This document shows, piece after piece, positions 46,003-56,327 of a stretch of 64,000 nucleotides of DNA; within the stretch, counting starts at the first letter, position 1; each line of letters opens with the position of its first letter. Position numbers and translations under genes: made by a program. The stretch is taken from the IMG/VR virus record IMGVR_UViG_3300028364_000013; one strand, written 5' to 3'. The DNA is from a virus (Duplodnaviria; Caudoviricetes). Under the pieces are notes generated by a model. That model did no database searches. It was not told the origin of the DNA and saw nothing but the letters and a program-made list of their open reading frames with translations.

Positions 46003-46350
46003 CTAAACTCCTAAATTTGAATAAAATTGATGATTTTCTTTCAAATTGTTGATAACTATTTCTGCTATGTCGAGAATATTAAAGAGACTTCTCTTTGCTT
46101 TTTCCACATAAATACCTTTAACAAATTCCTCCATTGGAAATCCGTATAGGTCATTGTTTTCAGAAACTTCATCCCAATTCATCAAATAATCTTCTTTAGT
46201 GTCTATTTCCTCTGGAAGCCTTACGATGTCATCTTTCTTGTGATAAGGAAAACTATTGTGACCACCAACTACCGAATGAGATGGGTGTTCCTGCTGCATC
46301 GCCTCATGCAACGCTCGCCTTATTTCTTCTCTTATTTCTTTTTCTTCCAT
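46003..46350 (-). CDS. Late protein with IREE leader
   Basis: MEEKEIREEIRRALHE. Confidence 0.65.
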   Translation of the reverse strand: MEEKEIREEIRRALHEAMQQEHPSHSVVGGHNSFPYHKKDDIVRLPEEIDTKEDYLMNWDEVSENNDLYGFPMEEFVKGIYVEKAKRSLFNILDIAEIVINNLKENHQFYSNLGV

Positions 46351-46425
46351 TACCTATATAAATATGGCAAAAAAAAAAGGTAGACACATTGCCTACCTTT
46401 AATATTTTTAAACTAAAACTATTTC

Positions 46426-47829
46426 TTATTTTGACACCAAGGAAACAACGTTCTTAGCTTGCTCATAGCTCATTGTAATTTTTACATTATCCTTGTCATT
46501 CATGTCAGTAATTGATAATAGATTACAAACGGTAAGGAAATTATCTACAACCCTCTTATCATATACGATATTTCTTGACTCAATATCTTTAATCAAACCT
46601 TTTATTGGAGGTATAGTATCTCCAATAACTCTTTTACCATCTAAGAACAAAGTATCCAATAAGCTCATGTAAATAGGATTTGACTCTATACCCTGAAGTA
46701 TTGCTGCAAAACTTTTCTTTGGTTCATCTTTTTTTTCGAATTCACCATTTTCACCTTCAACATACTCAGCTACTTCTTCGCTTTTTTCTTCTGGGAAATC
46801 ATGACCAAAATCAAGAATTTCAGAGTCAGCATCCACGCTATTAATTGCATCAACAATTTTTTTCTGCCTTTCATCAGAGTTTTCTATTGCCTCATCTAAA
46901 TCGGTTTCTTCAACCAATTCTTCTATCACCTCTTCTGGTTCATGTTTTTTGAATCTGTCTCTTAGACGGCCTAAAAACCTTTTTTTATCATCTTCTGGCA
47001 GCCTGTTTCCTTCATTGTTAGCATCATATATGTTGCTGGCAAATATAACCAACAACACAGCCAATGGGTCAAATACAAATATAAGCATTAATATGAACCA
47101 GTTTATAATATCATCCATAGGCCTATCAAGAACTGTTGACATATATTTAAGTGGCCCTATTTCTGTAGCTATGTCTGAATTTTGAAGGTCGAGTATTTCG
47201 ATGTCTAAATCTCCAATCTCTTGATTTATCACATTTACTTTTAAAGCAATAGTATCCAGTTCAGCTTGAAGCTTTTGAATCTCCTCTGTTGACTGCTCTA
47301 TAAGAATTTGTGTTTTTTTAGCACTACTGCTCCAGCCTTTATTATAAAGCGAATCAAGACGAGCCTCCTGCTGAACCCTTGTGTCATTAAGTAAAGTAAC
47401 TCTATCAGATTTTGATGTCTTGATTTCGTCAATACCAGCGATTTGAGTTTGCTTCTGCTCTTGTTGCTTCTCTATCAACTCTATTTTACCTTGAATTTTG
47501 TCTAATTGAATTGACGTTTCAGAGTAAGCTCCTGCCAGGAACCCATAAATACCTGAACTGGTAATAAGCATTACAGCCAACACCATAGCTGTTAGCGTGT
47601 ATTTCATCCACCACTTTGTCTTGGTCCAATATCTGTGAAGCGCTGCTGTAGTAGCAAGCTTACCAAACTCTATAAAGGATGCCATAATGATAACCTCAAG
47701 AGCGGCACCACCAAATAATTTAGACAATCCTGAAATAGAAAAGTACGCTGCAGAACCAGCGAGACCAAGAGCCGCCAACACTATAAGTAGCGTCCAAAAG
47801 TACTTATTAAAGAATTTTTTCATATGCAA
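46426..47829 (-). CDS. Membrane protein with long coiled coil
   Basis: Three N-terminal TM helices, coiled coil, GPLKY, FVFDPLAVLL TM. Confidence 0.75.
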   Translation of the reverse strand: MHMKKFFNKYFWTLLIVLAALGLAGSAAYFSISGLSKLFGGAALEVIIMASFIEFGKLATTAALHRYWTKTKWWMKYTLTAMVLAVMLITSSGIYGFLAGAYSETSIQLDKIQGKIELIEKQQEQKQTQIAGIDEIKTSKSDRVTLLNDTRVQQEARLDSLYNKGWSSSAKKTQILIEQSTEEIQKLQAELDTIALKVNVINQEIGDLDIEILDLQNSDIATEIGPLKYMSTVLDRPMDDIINWFILMLIFVFDPLAVLLVIFASNIYDANNEGNRLPEDDKKRFLGRLRDRFKKHEPEEVIEELVEETDLDEAIENSDERQKKIVDAINSVDADSEILDFGHDFPEEKSEEVAEYVEGENGEFEKKDEPKKSFAAILQGIESNPIYMSLLDTLFLDGKRVIGDTIPPIKGLIKDIESRNIVYDKRVVDNFLTVCNLLSITDMNDKDNVKITMSYEQAKNVVSLVSK

Positions 47830-47868
47830 ATTTAAGATTTTTAAACATAAAAATCAAATAAAAATAAC

Positions 47869-48297
47869 TTATTTTTCCCCTGGAGCAAGGTCAGTGTGAG
47901 AGTTGTCTCCTATCCCGTGCTTGCGCTTGAAGTTGCTAAGTATTTTTATAAGAAATGATGTTGGCCTACCTTGAGTTTCGCCATTAGGCCTAAGGTTATC
48001 TAAGTGTTTCATTGTCCACTTATTCGGTCTTCCATCTGGAAGTATGTATTGTTCATTATTATGATACCATCTTTGACCATCCCATACATACAAAGGATGT
48101 TGTTCTCCATAAGAATACGCTGCATACATTTGACCAAGGTCTCCCAAATCTTCACCATAAGTGTGTGAGCCAACGAAGTTTTGTCTATTCGCAACTTCCT
48201 CTGCAGCATCTTTATTGGAAATTCTTTCTTCCTTATAAAGTTCTTCTTTGAAAACTTTCGAAAACTCTTCGTTTACTATGTCTGTAAGCTTTTTCAT
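47869..48297 (-). CDS. Late protein with VNEE leader
   Basis: MKKLTDIVNEEFSKVFKE. Confidence 0.7.
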   Translation of the reverse strand: MKKLTDIVNEEFSKVFKEELYKEERISNKDAAEEVANRQNFVGSHTYGEDLGDLGQMYAAYSYGEQHPLYVWDGQRWYHNNEQYILPDGRPNKWTMKHLDNLRPNGETQGRPTSFLIKILSNFKRKHGIGDNSHTDLAPGEK

Positions 48298-48411
48298 ACA
48301 AAAATCATTTAATATAAATAGTCTAAAAAAAAGGTGTCATAAGCCGTTATTCTATAAAAAAGGCAACATTATTTTTAAATTTACGTATATAATATATACC
48401 TTTAAAGTAAT

Positions 48412-48807
48412 ATGGGACTAAAATACAAACTTAGAAAACTACGAGTAAGGCTCAAAAAATCTAAAGATAAAGACTTAGCTTTGGATGACGTTCAAGAAAA
48501 AGCTATTGCAGTTGTTATTCAAATGATTAACAGTAGCAGTAGCGAATTAATCATGGACCCCAAAAATTCAAGAAAAGGCGTTAAAAATAAAGACTCATTC
48601 ATCTGCATTAGAAGACATAAATTAACTATTATTAATGGAGGATACCCTTATGATGTACCTATTGATGACAGGATTCATGACCATATTACAGAAAAATTCT
48701 ACGAAAAACTAACAAGAAGATTTAATGCAATTGATTGCCAAATTGATTCTATGGTAAAAGAGAATTTAGACACCATAAAAGATAATCTAAAAAATAAAGA
48801 ATCTTAA
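48412..48807 (+). CDS. Hypothetical protein
   Basis: AAC-N16-CGTA promoter at 48365-48389. Confidence 0.65.
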   Translation: MGLKYKLRKLRVRLKKSKDKDLALDDVQEKAIAVVIQMINSSSSELIMDPKNSRKGVKNKDSFICIRRHKLTIINGGYPYDVPIDDRIHDHITEKFYEKLTRRFNAIDCQIDSMVKENLDTIKDNLKNKES

Positions 48808-48869
48808 ATTTTCCAAACATTTTCTTTTTGTTTACGTATAACTTAATTGAACCAATAGAACATTAAGTT

Positions 48870-49511
48870 ATGCTATACTATTTTGATAAAGAAAAACTTG
48901 AATATAGATTTGCTAAAAAATCATTAGCAATAATTGTCACATCAACTCTATTGCTAATTGCAGTTGCTGTACTCTTTATAAGCTCGCTAATGGCTAATAA
49001 AAGAGTTGAGAAGAAAATTAATGAAAATCCGAACATTATCAACCTATCCTCAATGGAGCCAGAGGAAATTATAGTCGTTGTCAATAACGCTGATGAATTC
49101 TCTGAAGAAAAACTTAAAAACTATATTCTTGAGTTAAATATTAAATTTCCAGACATTGCGTTTGCACAAGCGAGATATGAAAGCGGAAACTGGGGGACCA
49201 ATCCTGGCGCTAATATGTTTGAGAAAAACAATAACCTTTTTGGAATGAAGTGTGCGACCTCAAGAACAACAACTCACAAGGGAGAGCAAAATGGTCACGC
49301 TTATTATAGTCACTGGAGAGAAAGTGTTATTGACTATGCTATGTGGCAGGATGCCTACGCAAGAGATTTGAAGACCAGAGAAGATTATGTCGCTTACCTC
49401 AAGAGGGTGTATGCCGAGGGAACATATGTTTCTATCATGCAAATCGTCAAAGAGGTTAGAAAAAAATACCCAGAACTTTACGTCAAGTCTTATCCAAAAT
49501 TAGATAAATAA
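48870..49511 (+). CDS. Glucosaminidase-family peptidoglycan hydrolase with N-terminal TM anchor
   Basis: AQARYESG...NNLFGMK...YYSHWRESVIDY. Confidence 0.75.
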   Translation: MLYYFDKEKLEYRFAKKSLAIIVTSTLLLIAVAVLFISSLMANKRVEKKINENPNIINLSSMEPEEIIVVVNNADEFSEEKLKNYILELNIKFPDIAFAQARYESGNWGTNPGANMFEKNNNLFGMKCATSRTTTHKGEQNGHAYYSHWRESVIDYAMWQDAYARDLKTREDYVAYLKRVYAEGTYVSIMQIVKEVRKKYPELYVKSYPKLDK

Positions 49512-49566
49512 AAAAACCCTCCAGCATTGCTGAAAGGTTCTTTTAATTTAATAAACAAAACTTAAT

Positions 49567-50076
49567 TTAGAATGGTAAATCATCCTGTGCTTTTGCGTTA
49601 GCAAAATCATTTGTTGCAACATACTCCTTAGTTTGCGCTTGAGCCTCTGCAACTGGTGCATTAGCTTTTTGTGCTGGAGCAGAGTTTTGTGCTGGAGCAG
49701 AGTTTTGTGCTGGAGCAGCGTCAGTACCGTTAGCTTTTGTTCCAGTGAACAAAATTTTGTCAGCAACTACTTTAGTAGAATAAAAAGTAACCTCTTGACC
49801 ATTAACTTCTTTTACGTAGCTATCAGTCTTTAATTTACCTTTTACGATAAACCCAGTTCCTTTTTTTCCATAACTTCCTAAGAAATTAGCAAGACCATTC
49901 CAAGCCTCAACCTTAACCCATTCAGTAGTTTGAACTCTATCTCCACCAGCTTTAGGCGCATAAGAGTCGTTAATTGCGATAGACATGTTTGCAACAGCCT
50001 TATCACCATCTAATTGTTTTACTTCTGCATCAGCACCTAAAGTACCCATGATAGTAACATCGTTTAATCCATTCAT
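49567..50076 (-). CDS. ssb: Single-stranded DNA-binding protein
   Basis: OB fold (GTLGADAE, TEW...AWN, GKLKT..Y), acidic DDLPF tail. Confidence 0.9.
   Translation of the reverse strand: MNGLNDVTIMGTLGADAEVKQLDGDKAVANMSIAINDSYAPKAGGDRVQTTEWVKVEAWNGLANFLGSYGKKGTGFIVKGKLKTDSYVKEVNGQEVTFYSTKVVADKILFTGTKANGTDAAPAQNSAPAQNSAPAQKANAPVAEAQAQTKEYVATNDFANAKAQDDLPF
49670..49718. repeat. 18-bp tandem repeat (2.7 copies) encoding APAQNS in the SSB linker
   Basis: TGTGCTGGAGCAGAGTTT x2 plus partial. Confidence 0.85.
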
Positions 50077-50209
50077 GATTTTTAATTTTAAATTATTATT
50101 TGTTTCACTTAATTAGACTACAAATCTATGTCACTTTTAGTTAACATCCAAATTTATTTTGACTTTTTTGATGTATTTATTAGAAACAACTCATTAACAT
50201 TACCAAACA

Positions 50210-51610
50210 ATGAACAAAGACGTTAAAAAAATAATTTCAGAAGCATTCAATGAACTATATAAAGATTTGATTTCTGAAGCAGAAGCTGGTATGAATCCTG
50301 CAGACAAAGCAGCAGCAGATAAAATGATTGCAAGAGTTAAAACTTATGGAGATGCAAGTGGGTTCTCAAACAATGGAGCAAACACAAAGCAGAATGATGT
50401 TTTTAACTACATATTAGATGCGCTTATTTCTGAATACAAAAGTACAGAAGACCAAAATACTAAGCAAAAAATTAAAAATGGTATCCAGGGAGCTTTTTTC
50501 CCAGCAATGAATGCAGATGGAAGACCCAACAAGACATTAAATGTACTTATGGGAAAATGGCCAGGAAAAGATAGAGATGCAGTTCAAGATGCTGCAGCTT
50601 CAGCGTATGAATCATTCATGAAAAACTTTGATGGGTTTATAGACAAATACACACCTGGAGCTGGAAGTAGTTTTGGTGGAATTGTTTTAAACAACTTGAA
50701 TTCTAAAATGTATGATGTAATTCAAAAAGGATTTAGAGGAAAAGGCCTTGGTGGAACTCAGGATACTTATTCAAGAGCTGGAAACAGCATGGGCTCTATG
50801 GATGACCCTTATGGAGACGATAGCACACTTGGAGCGACAATGGCTGACCCAAACTCATTAGGAGCAGACAATGACACTGAAGCATCAATATCGGAAGACC
50901 AAGATTTATTGGCAATCGTTAATGGATGGCTTAAGAATAATGTTTCAGAAAAACAATACATCGCCTTTAGAGAACTTACAAAAGGATTTACTCCAAATGA
51001 AGTTGCTGAAGATTTCCCAGAGCATTTTGGAATTGGTAAAGATGTTTCAAGAAATTTCGCACAATTACTTTCGAGAAAAGAAAAAGATGAAGATGGAAAC
51101 ACTGCCCTTACGCTTGACAGACTTAGCGACATGCTTTCTTATGCAAAGAAAAGAGATATTGACTTGAAAAACATAGTTCTTAAAAATCTTAGACAAACTA
51201 TCTCTCAAGACCCAAGCTTCTCTGGGGATGGAAAACGTTCTTACGTATCTTCTCCTGAAACAAAAGCGGCTCTTAAAGATTTGAGCGATTCAATGTATGA
51301 ACTTGGTCCAGATGTTTTAAGCAAACTTGGAGTTAAAGATAAAATTGATTTCCAAAATGGAGCTCAAATTTCAAAAATTATAAACAAACTTACTGTCCTT
51401 GGATTGGAAAGTGAGGTTCGTGATATTGAAGATGCTTGGGCTGATGTTAAAAGAACAAGAGATGCCTCAGCTGATTATGGTAAAGTAACTAACTATGCCG
51501 ACAAAGTAGATGAAAGCGGTATCGCAGGAATGTTTGAAGGACTTGATGTCTATGATGGTTTCGATATAGAAATTCTTATGAACAGAGTTATGCAAAGATT
51601 ATCAAAATAA
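50210..51610 (+). CDS. Divergent sigma70-family-like protein with late-type N-terminal leader
   Basis: Region 2-like AVQDA...NFDG...GSSFGG...NSKMYDVIQK; region 3-like SMDDPYGDDSTLG; region 4-like VSEKQYIAF...GFTPNEVAE. Confidence 0.5.
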   Translation: MNKDVKKIISEAFNELYKDLISEAEAGMNPADKAAADKMIARVKTYGDASGFSNNGANTKQNDVFNYILDALISEYKSTEDQNTKQKIKNGIQGAFFPAMNADGRPNKTLNVLMGKWPGKDRDAVQDAAASAYESFMKNFDGFIDKYTPGAGSSFGGIVLNNLNSKMYDVIQKGFRGKGLGGTQDTYSRAGNSMGSMDDPYGDDSTLGATMADPNSLGADNDTEASISEDQDLLAIVNGWLKNNVSEKQYIAFRELTKGFTPNEVAEDFPEHFGIGKDVSRNFAQLLSRKEKDEDGNTALTLDRLSDMLSYAKKRDIDLKNIVLKNLRQTISQDPSFSGDGKRSYVSSPETKAALKDLSDSMYELGPDVLSKLGVKDKIDFQNGAQISKIINKLTVLGLESEVRDIEDAWADVKRTRDASADYGKVTNYADKVDESGIAGMFEGLDVYDGFDIEILMNRVMQRLSK

Positions 51611-51660
51611 ACTTAATTTTATAAAATTAGAAAAGACACCTCATTGGGTGTCTTTTTTTG

Positions 51661-51879
51661 TTATAACAACAATGCTTTAAAGTTTTGATTGTCTATCTGC
51701 TGAGGAACCCCATCGACAAGTTTATAAATATTAAGGTCTGAATCAAATAGAACTAAATCATAATTCATATCTTCTTCTGTAAGAATTTTGTCATTCTCCA
51801 TATCCTTAATTCTCACGATGTGCCTCTTGAGTCTTGACGCAAACATTTTATCAACTTTATCGTGAAATTCTTTATTCAT
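51661..51879 (-). CDS. Small hypothetical protein
   Basis: 72-aa ORF. Confidence 0.55.
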   Translation of the reverse strand: MNKEFHDKVDKMFASRLKRHIVRIKDMENDKILTEEDMNYDLVLFDSDLNIYKLVDGVPQQIDNQNFKALLL

Positions 51880-51896
51880 AAGTTAATGTACTAAAT

Positions 51897-52445
51897 TTAT
51901 TTATTATCGTATTTTGATTTTTTAGCTTTTGCGTAAATACCAATCGGTAAAATTATAATACCAATAATCAATGGTAAAGTACAGATGCCTAAAATTAACC
52001 ACGCATTAGCGACATATCTTTGTGCATACCAAGGTTTTGATGCATCCATCTCATCTTCTTTAATTTTTTGCATATTCTGTGCATATTTAACCTCAAATTC
52101 AACATCGGATAATTTAACAATTTCAGATAAGTATTTTGTTAAATCTTGGAGATGATAATTCGCATTTTGGACCTCAATTGAGTTATCAAAAGAGCCAAGC
52201 TTACGTCTAATCTCAATTGTAATTTTCGTGCTTATATCTGAAATTTTAGTCATATTAAAGTCAATATAGACACCTAATGATAAACCCTCAAAGCATTCAA
52301 GAATAACTTGGTTAAGAATGTCATTCTCATCATGAATTCTATATTTACCATCGGATGTGATATAAATTTTAGAAATAGATGATTTTACTTTTTCTATTGG
52401 GAAATCAATTGTGATTTCTTTCTTTGGATTTAGAATGCTAATCAT
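51897..52445 (-). CDS. Hypothetical protein with C-terminal TM helix
   Basis: 182-aa ORF. Confidence 0.65.
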   Translation of the reverse strand: MISILNPKKEITIDFPIEKVKSSISKIYITSDGKYRIHDENDILNQVILECFEGLSLGVYIDFNMTKISDISTKITIEIRRKLGSFDNSIEVQNANYHLQDLTKYLSEIVKLSDVEFEVKYAQNMQKIKEDEMDASKPWYAQRYVANAWLILGICTLPLIIGIIILPIGIYAKAKKSKYDNK

Positions 52446-52564
52446 TTTTACTTTTTTGTTTTTAAATTATTATTACTTATTTATACGTTAAATTTAAAGA
52501 AATGTTTCATGATTTCTAAAAAATCAGTTTACAAAGATAATAAATTTTTAATTAAACGAATAAT

Positions 52565-52711
52565 TCAAAATTTATTATCTTTAGTTTTAGTATTGACATG
52601 CACAACATTAGAATAATCATACCCATCATTCCTATCATTCCTATCATTCCTATTATTCCAGTTACCAGAGTCTTTCAGTTTCTGTAAAAATTCTTTAGTC
52701 TTGTCTGTCAT
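52565..52711 (-). pseudogene. Endonuclease-repeat remnant containing a 9-bp tandem repeat (ATCATTCCT x3-4)
   Basis: KEFLQKLKDSGNWN-NRNDRNDRND-GYDYSNV. Confidence 0.45.
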
Positions 52712-52728
52712 ATATTAAGTCAATTAAA

Positions 52729-54243
52729 TTATTCATAAATCATAAAATATAGTTTATGCTTTGAGCGACTAACAGCTACGTAATGAATATTCTTAGACTC
52801 TTCATCTTTTTCAGTAAAAGAAACTCTCTCCAGGCGTTTTTTTCCAAGCTTGTCGTAAATTCCGCACTCCTGAAGAACTTCTGGAGAAACAGAATTAACA
52901 ACAACACACTCATCAAACTCACGCCCTTTACTCTTGTGTATTGTAGTAATAAATTTCTTAGACTTTTTGAACTGCTCTATGAACGTCATTAATTGGGCAT
53001 CATTTTCGAAGTGACCCTTGAAGTTATTCATTTTACCTCTAAGGTGAGAATCTACATCTCCTCCTTTGTATTTCTTAATATCAGCATCGTTGATGAAATT
53101 GAAGTACTTCATTGGAACCTTCCTCTTTAGCAGTTCTTTCTCAAGTTTTCTAATTGTAGCATTTGTCCTAACCAGCACAACAACTTCTCCTGGTTGTTTC
53201 AACAATTCAACAAGCTCATCTAACCTAAGCATCACTTTCCTGTCAACATCACCTTTGTCTGCGCTATTTGCAGTCGCTGTAAGAGACGAATACTTATTTG
53301 AGTTCTCTACAATCAACTCATCACTTCTAAAGTTGACAGAGAGGCTCATTTCGGTAACATCACGCCTTTTCTTTAGCATTGACTCAAGTTTGCTACAGTT
53401 TGCTCCAGAGTATCCATAAATACTTTGATTACGGTCACCAATTAAATAGTAATACTTAGCATTTAACGAAAGAAGTGTTTGAAGCTGTATAGTACTCGTA
53501 TCTTGATACTCATCTACAAATATGTAATCATACTTATCTCTAAACATCTTAAGCCACTTATTCTCTCTTAATAAATCACGAACCTCAATAAGCATGTCAG
53601 AAAAATCTCTTTTCTTTGTTACTCTTAAGAATTTTCTGTAATCATTATAAAACTGAGGAACTGGAGCCTTTACATTATCAGCAGACTGCAACTTAAATGA
53701 ACCTATAGCTGAAGACAGCTGTTCAGCATCTTCATACATGTTTGCAATAAGTTCAAAGTGAGCCTCTTTTTGTTCTTTAGTAGCGTGACTACTTGGTTTA
53801 TGCTCTTGTCTGAACCAGTTTAAAAACTCATAAAATGACGCTATCGCTTTATACTTTTTCATACTGGCAAGCAAACTATTAGAGAATGCATGTATAGTAG
53901 TAATCGTACAACCCTGTCCATGAGAACTTACTTTCTCACGAACTTGAATCCCTGCAGACGCAACCCTTTCTCTAAGCTCATCAGTGGCAGCTTTTGTGAA
54001 ACTGAAAAATATAATCTTGTTTGGGTCAACACCTCTATCAACAAGAGACTTTAACCTTTGAACACAACTGAATGACTTTCCTGAACCAGCTGTTGCCGCA
54101 AGTATTAAAGAATCTTTTTCTGAATAATTTATAAATGCACTCTGCTCATCTGTATATTGAATCTCTGATTTTTTTGCGTGCGATGTACCTTCGAATAAAT
54201 CAACTTGACCTCTGTCTATTGTAATTTCTTTCTTTTTTCCCAT
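52729..54243 (-). CDS. uvrD: UvrD/Rep superfamily 1 helicase
   Basis: ATAGSGKS, FVDEYQD, IGDRNQSIY, NFRS, TIHKSKGREF, HYVAVSRSK. Confidence 0.9.
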   Translation of the reverse strand: MGKKKEITIDRGQVDLFEGTSHAKKSEIQYTDEQSAFINYSEKDSLILAATAGSGKSFSCVQRLKSLVDRGVDPNKIIFFSFTKAATDELRERVASAGIQVREKVSSHGQGCTITTIHAFSNSLLASMKKYKAIASFYEFLNWFRQEHKPSSHATKEQKEAHFELIANMYEDAEQLSSAIGSFKLQSADNVKAPVPQFYNDYRKFLRVTKKRDFSDMLIEVRDLLRENKWLKMFRDKYDYIFVDEYQDTSTIQLQTLLSLNAKYYYLIGDRNQSIYGYSGANCSKLESMLKKRRDVTEMSLSVNFRSDELIVENSNKYSSLTATANSADKGDVDRKVMLRLDELVELLKQPGEVVVLVRTNATIRKLEKELLKRKVPMKYFNFINDADIKKYKGGDVDSHLRGKMNNFKGHFENDAQLMTFIEQFKKSKKFITTIHKSKGREFDECVVVNSVSPEVLQECGIYDKLGKKRLERVSFTEKDEESKNIHYVAVSRSKHKLYFMIYE

Positions 54244-55052
54244 TTTAAAATTTCTTTTTCTAAAATCGCTTCAATATTTTTCTTATCATAATATGGTATT
54301 CTTAAAAGCTTTTTATTTGTTTTTTTGCAAAATTCATTTTTTATAGAATCATTTTCTTTAATCTTTTTAAAGTTCGAATCACTCTTTTTTGAAATTGTGA
54401 ATCTGGGCTCAAAATGCTGCTCTCCATCATATTCAATGCACATATCATAATTTGGAAGGTAAAAGTCAAATGGAAGGTAGTTAATATTCTTACATTCATC
54501 AAATTTCTTTTGAGATTCATATAAAACCCTTTTGTTATCCAAGAATCTTTTGACCTCCCTTTCTCCGTGAGACAATCTACACCTTGGACACCCTTGTCCA
54601 GCTTTATGTTTCCCTGGAGACTGTTCAAAAACGCCATGATTTTCACAAATTATTTTAACTTTAGTTTTATCACCAACATATTCAACTAATGAATAATTAT
54701 AATTATCTCCATGTACTTCTGCAAACCTTTTTATAGCATCAGATTTATCGTCTGTTTTCTCTTCTTTTGCACAACAAGGACATCCTATACCTTTTAAATG
54801 ATTCCATATACATTGCTCAAAAACTCCATGTTTTTTACAAATTATCTTAGCCTTATCTTTAACTTTTTCATACCAAACCAAAGAATAGTCATATCTGCCG
54901 CTATGGACTTCAATGGCTTTGTTTATATTTTTCTCAACCCTATCTTTTTTTGATTTTTCGTAACATATCTTACATCTGGTTCCATTGTTTGGGATAATTA
55001 TCCTACCTCCATCTGGATGTAGTTTACACTTTCTTGTTCTAACTTTTTTCAT
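54216..55052 (-). CDS. Putative homing endonuclease (CxxHG repeats plus PD-(D/E)xK)
   Basis: LPFDFYLPNYDMCIEYDGEQH; paralog of 36171-37283. Confidence 0.85.
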   Translation of the reverse strand: MKKVRTRKCKLHPDGGRIIIPNNGTRCKICYEKSKKDRVEKNINKAIEVHSGRYDYSLVWYEKVKDKAKIICKKHGVFEQCIWNHLKGIGCPCCAKEEKTDDKSDAIKRFAEVHGDNYNYSLVEYVGDKTKVKIICENHGVFEQSPGKHKAGQGCPRCRLSHGEREVKRFLDNKRVLYESQKKFDECKNINYLPFDFYLPNYDMCIEYDGEQHFEPRFTISKKSDSNFKKIKENDSIKNEFCKKTNKKLLRIPYYDKKNIEAILEKEILKWEKRKKLQ

Positions 55053-55178
55053 CTTTATCCTTTTCTATAAATAGGATAAAAGATTTTAAAAGAGCCGAAA
55101 AAACTTTTTAGTGCGCAACTATGAAGGTTAATTTATAGGGTCAACCACTAAGTTTATCTTTTTCTTGGCCATAATATA

Positions 55179-56018
55179 TTAAACGTTTTGAGCCTGAGCT
55201 TGTTTTGCTTTTTCTGTGATTTTTCTAAGCAACAACTTAGTGTCTCCAGGCATATCTGAAGCATTAACACACCAATCATAGTAACTTGCATCAGCAAGCA
55301 TCATATCGCCAATAAGATTGTTTTTGTACTTACCAAAATTAAACACTGGTCTTCCGTCATTATTTAAAATGATATTACCACGTACATCAAGAGCTTTTTT
55401 GTTTCTATTGAAGTTGTCATGAAGAGTGTTTGGGTTTGTATTTATAAACCTTGCATCCTCAGGATAAGCGGCAACCATTCCATTAAAAATGTTTACAGAC
55501 TCAATATTTGCTTGCTCTGATTTAATTGGAGTATCCTCAAGAGTTTTTCCAGTATATCTTTCGATAGCTGCTCTGAAATCTCTTCTCTCCATATTGTGAT
55601 ATATTGAACTTAAGTCAATAATGTTTCTACCAACAATTGTAAATTCTATACCAGCATTATTAAACTCTTCTGTTAAGAATTTAAGGTCAAAATTTGTAAG
55701 GCTAAATCCAGCAAAATCAGCATCTCCTATAAACGAATATAAAGCTGCCGCAATTTCTTTGAAAGATTGGGCACCTGCAACATCTGCATCTGTCAAACCA
55801 TTCAACAATGAAGCTTCGTCTGGAATTGACATTCCTGGATTCACCAACTTAGTAGCAATTTGAACTTGCCTTTCAGTGTCAACTTTAATTATAGAAATTT
55901 CTATGATTCTATCAGCTGGTTTGTCGCTGTCTCTTTTTTGAACTGGTTCTAATCCAGTTGTAGCAACCTTTAAAAATACCAAAGGTTTCTTAAGGTTTAA
56001 TTTTAAATCTAAACTCAT
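55179..56018 (-). CDS. DNA Pol III epsilon-like (DEDDh) protein with degenerate catalytic motifs
   Basis: VFLKVATTG in place of VFFDLETTG; DRIIEISIIK; FNFGKYK. Confidence 0.75.
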   Translation of the reverse strand: MSLDLKLNLKKPLVFLKVATTGLEPVQKRDSDKPADRIIEISIIKVDTERQVQIATKLVNPGMSIPDEASLLNGLTDADVAGAQSFKEIAAALYSFIGDADFAGFSLTNFDLKFLTEEFNNAGIEFTIVGRNIIDLSSIYHNMERRDFRAAIERYTGKTLEDTPIKSEQANIESVNIFNGMVAAYPEDARFINTNPNTLHDNFNRNKKALDVRGNIILNNDGRPVFNFGKYKNNLIGDMMLADASYYDWCVNASDMPGDTKLLLRKITEKAKQAQAQNV

Positions 56019-56063
56019 CTCTTCTAAATTTTTGTTATTTATAAAGCGAATATAGTGAAAATA

Positions 56064-56327
56064 TTACACAAACTCACCATTGATGTAATTATTTCTTTCT
56101 TTTATTTTTTCATCACTCCAATTTTCTTGTACAGATTTGACAAAATTAACCTCCGTTTTTGAGGTCCAAAACAACTTTTTATAATCACTATTATATGTTT
56201 CAAAAAAAAGAAGACCGTCCTCGTCTTCTTTTATTAAGATGAGCTCTTGGCTATGTGGAATAACTTCGCCATCACCCATCTCTTTGTTTTTAACTAATAT
56301 ATAATAATCTACATTAACTTCTTTCAT
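56064..56327 (-). CDS. Hypothetical protein
   Basis: Coupled to sigma gene. Confidence 0.6.
   Translation of the reverse strand: MKEVNVDYYILVKNKEMGDGEVIPHSQELILIKEDEDGLLFFETYNSDYKKLFWTSKTEVNFVKSVQENWSDEKIKERNNYINGEFV

Noticed and set aside
52625-52660. CRISPR array
   Set aside because: 9-bp direct tandem repeat without spacers; no CRISPR array or cas gene found in the window
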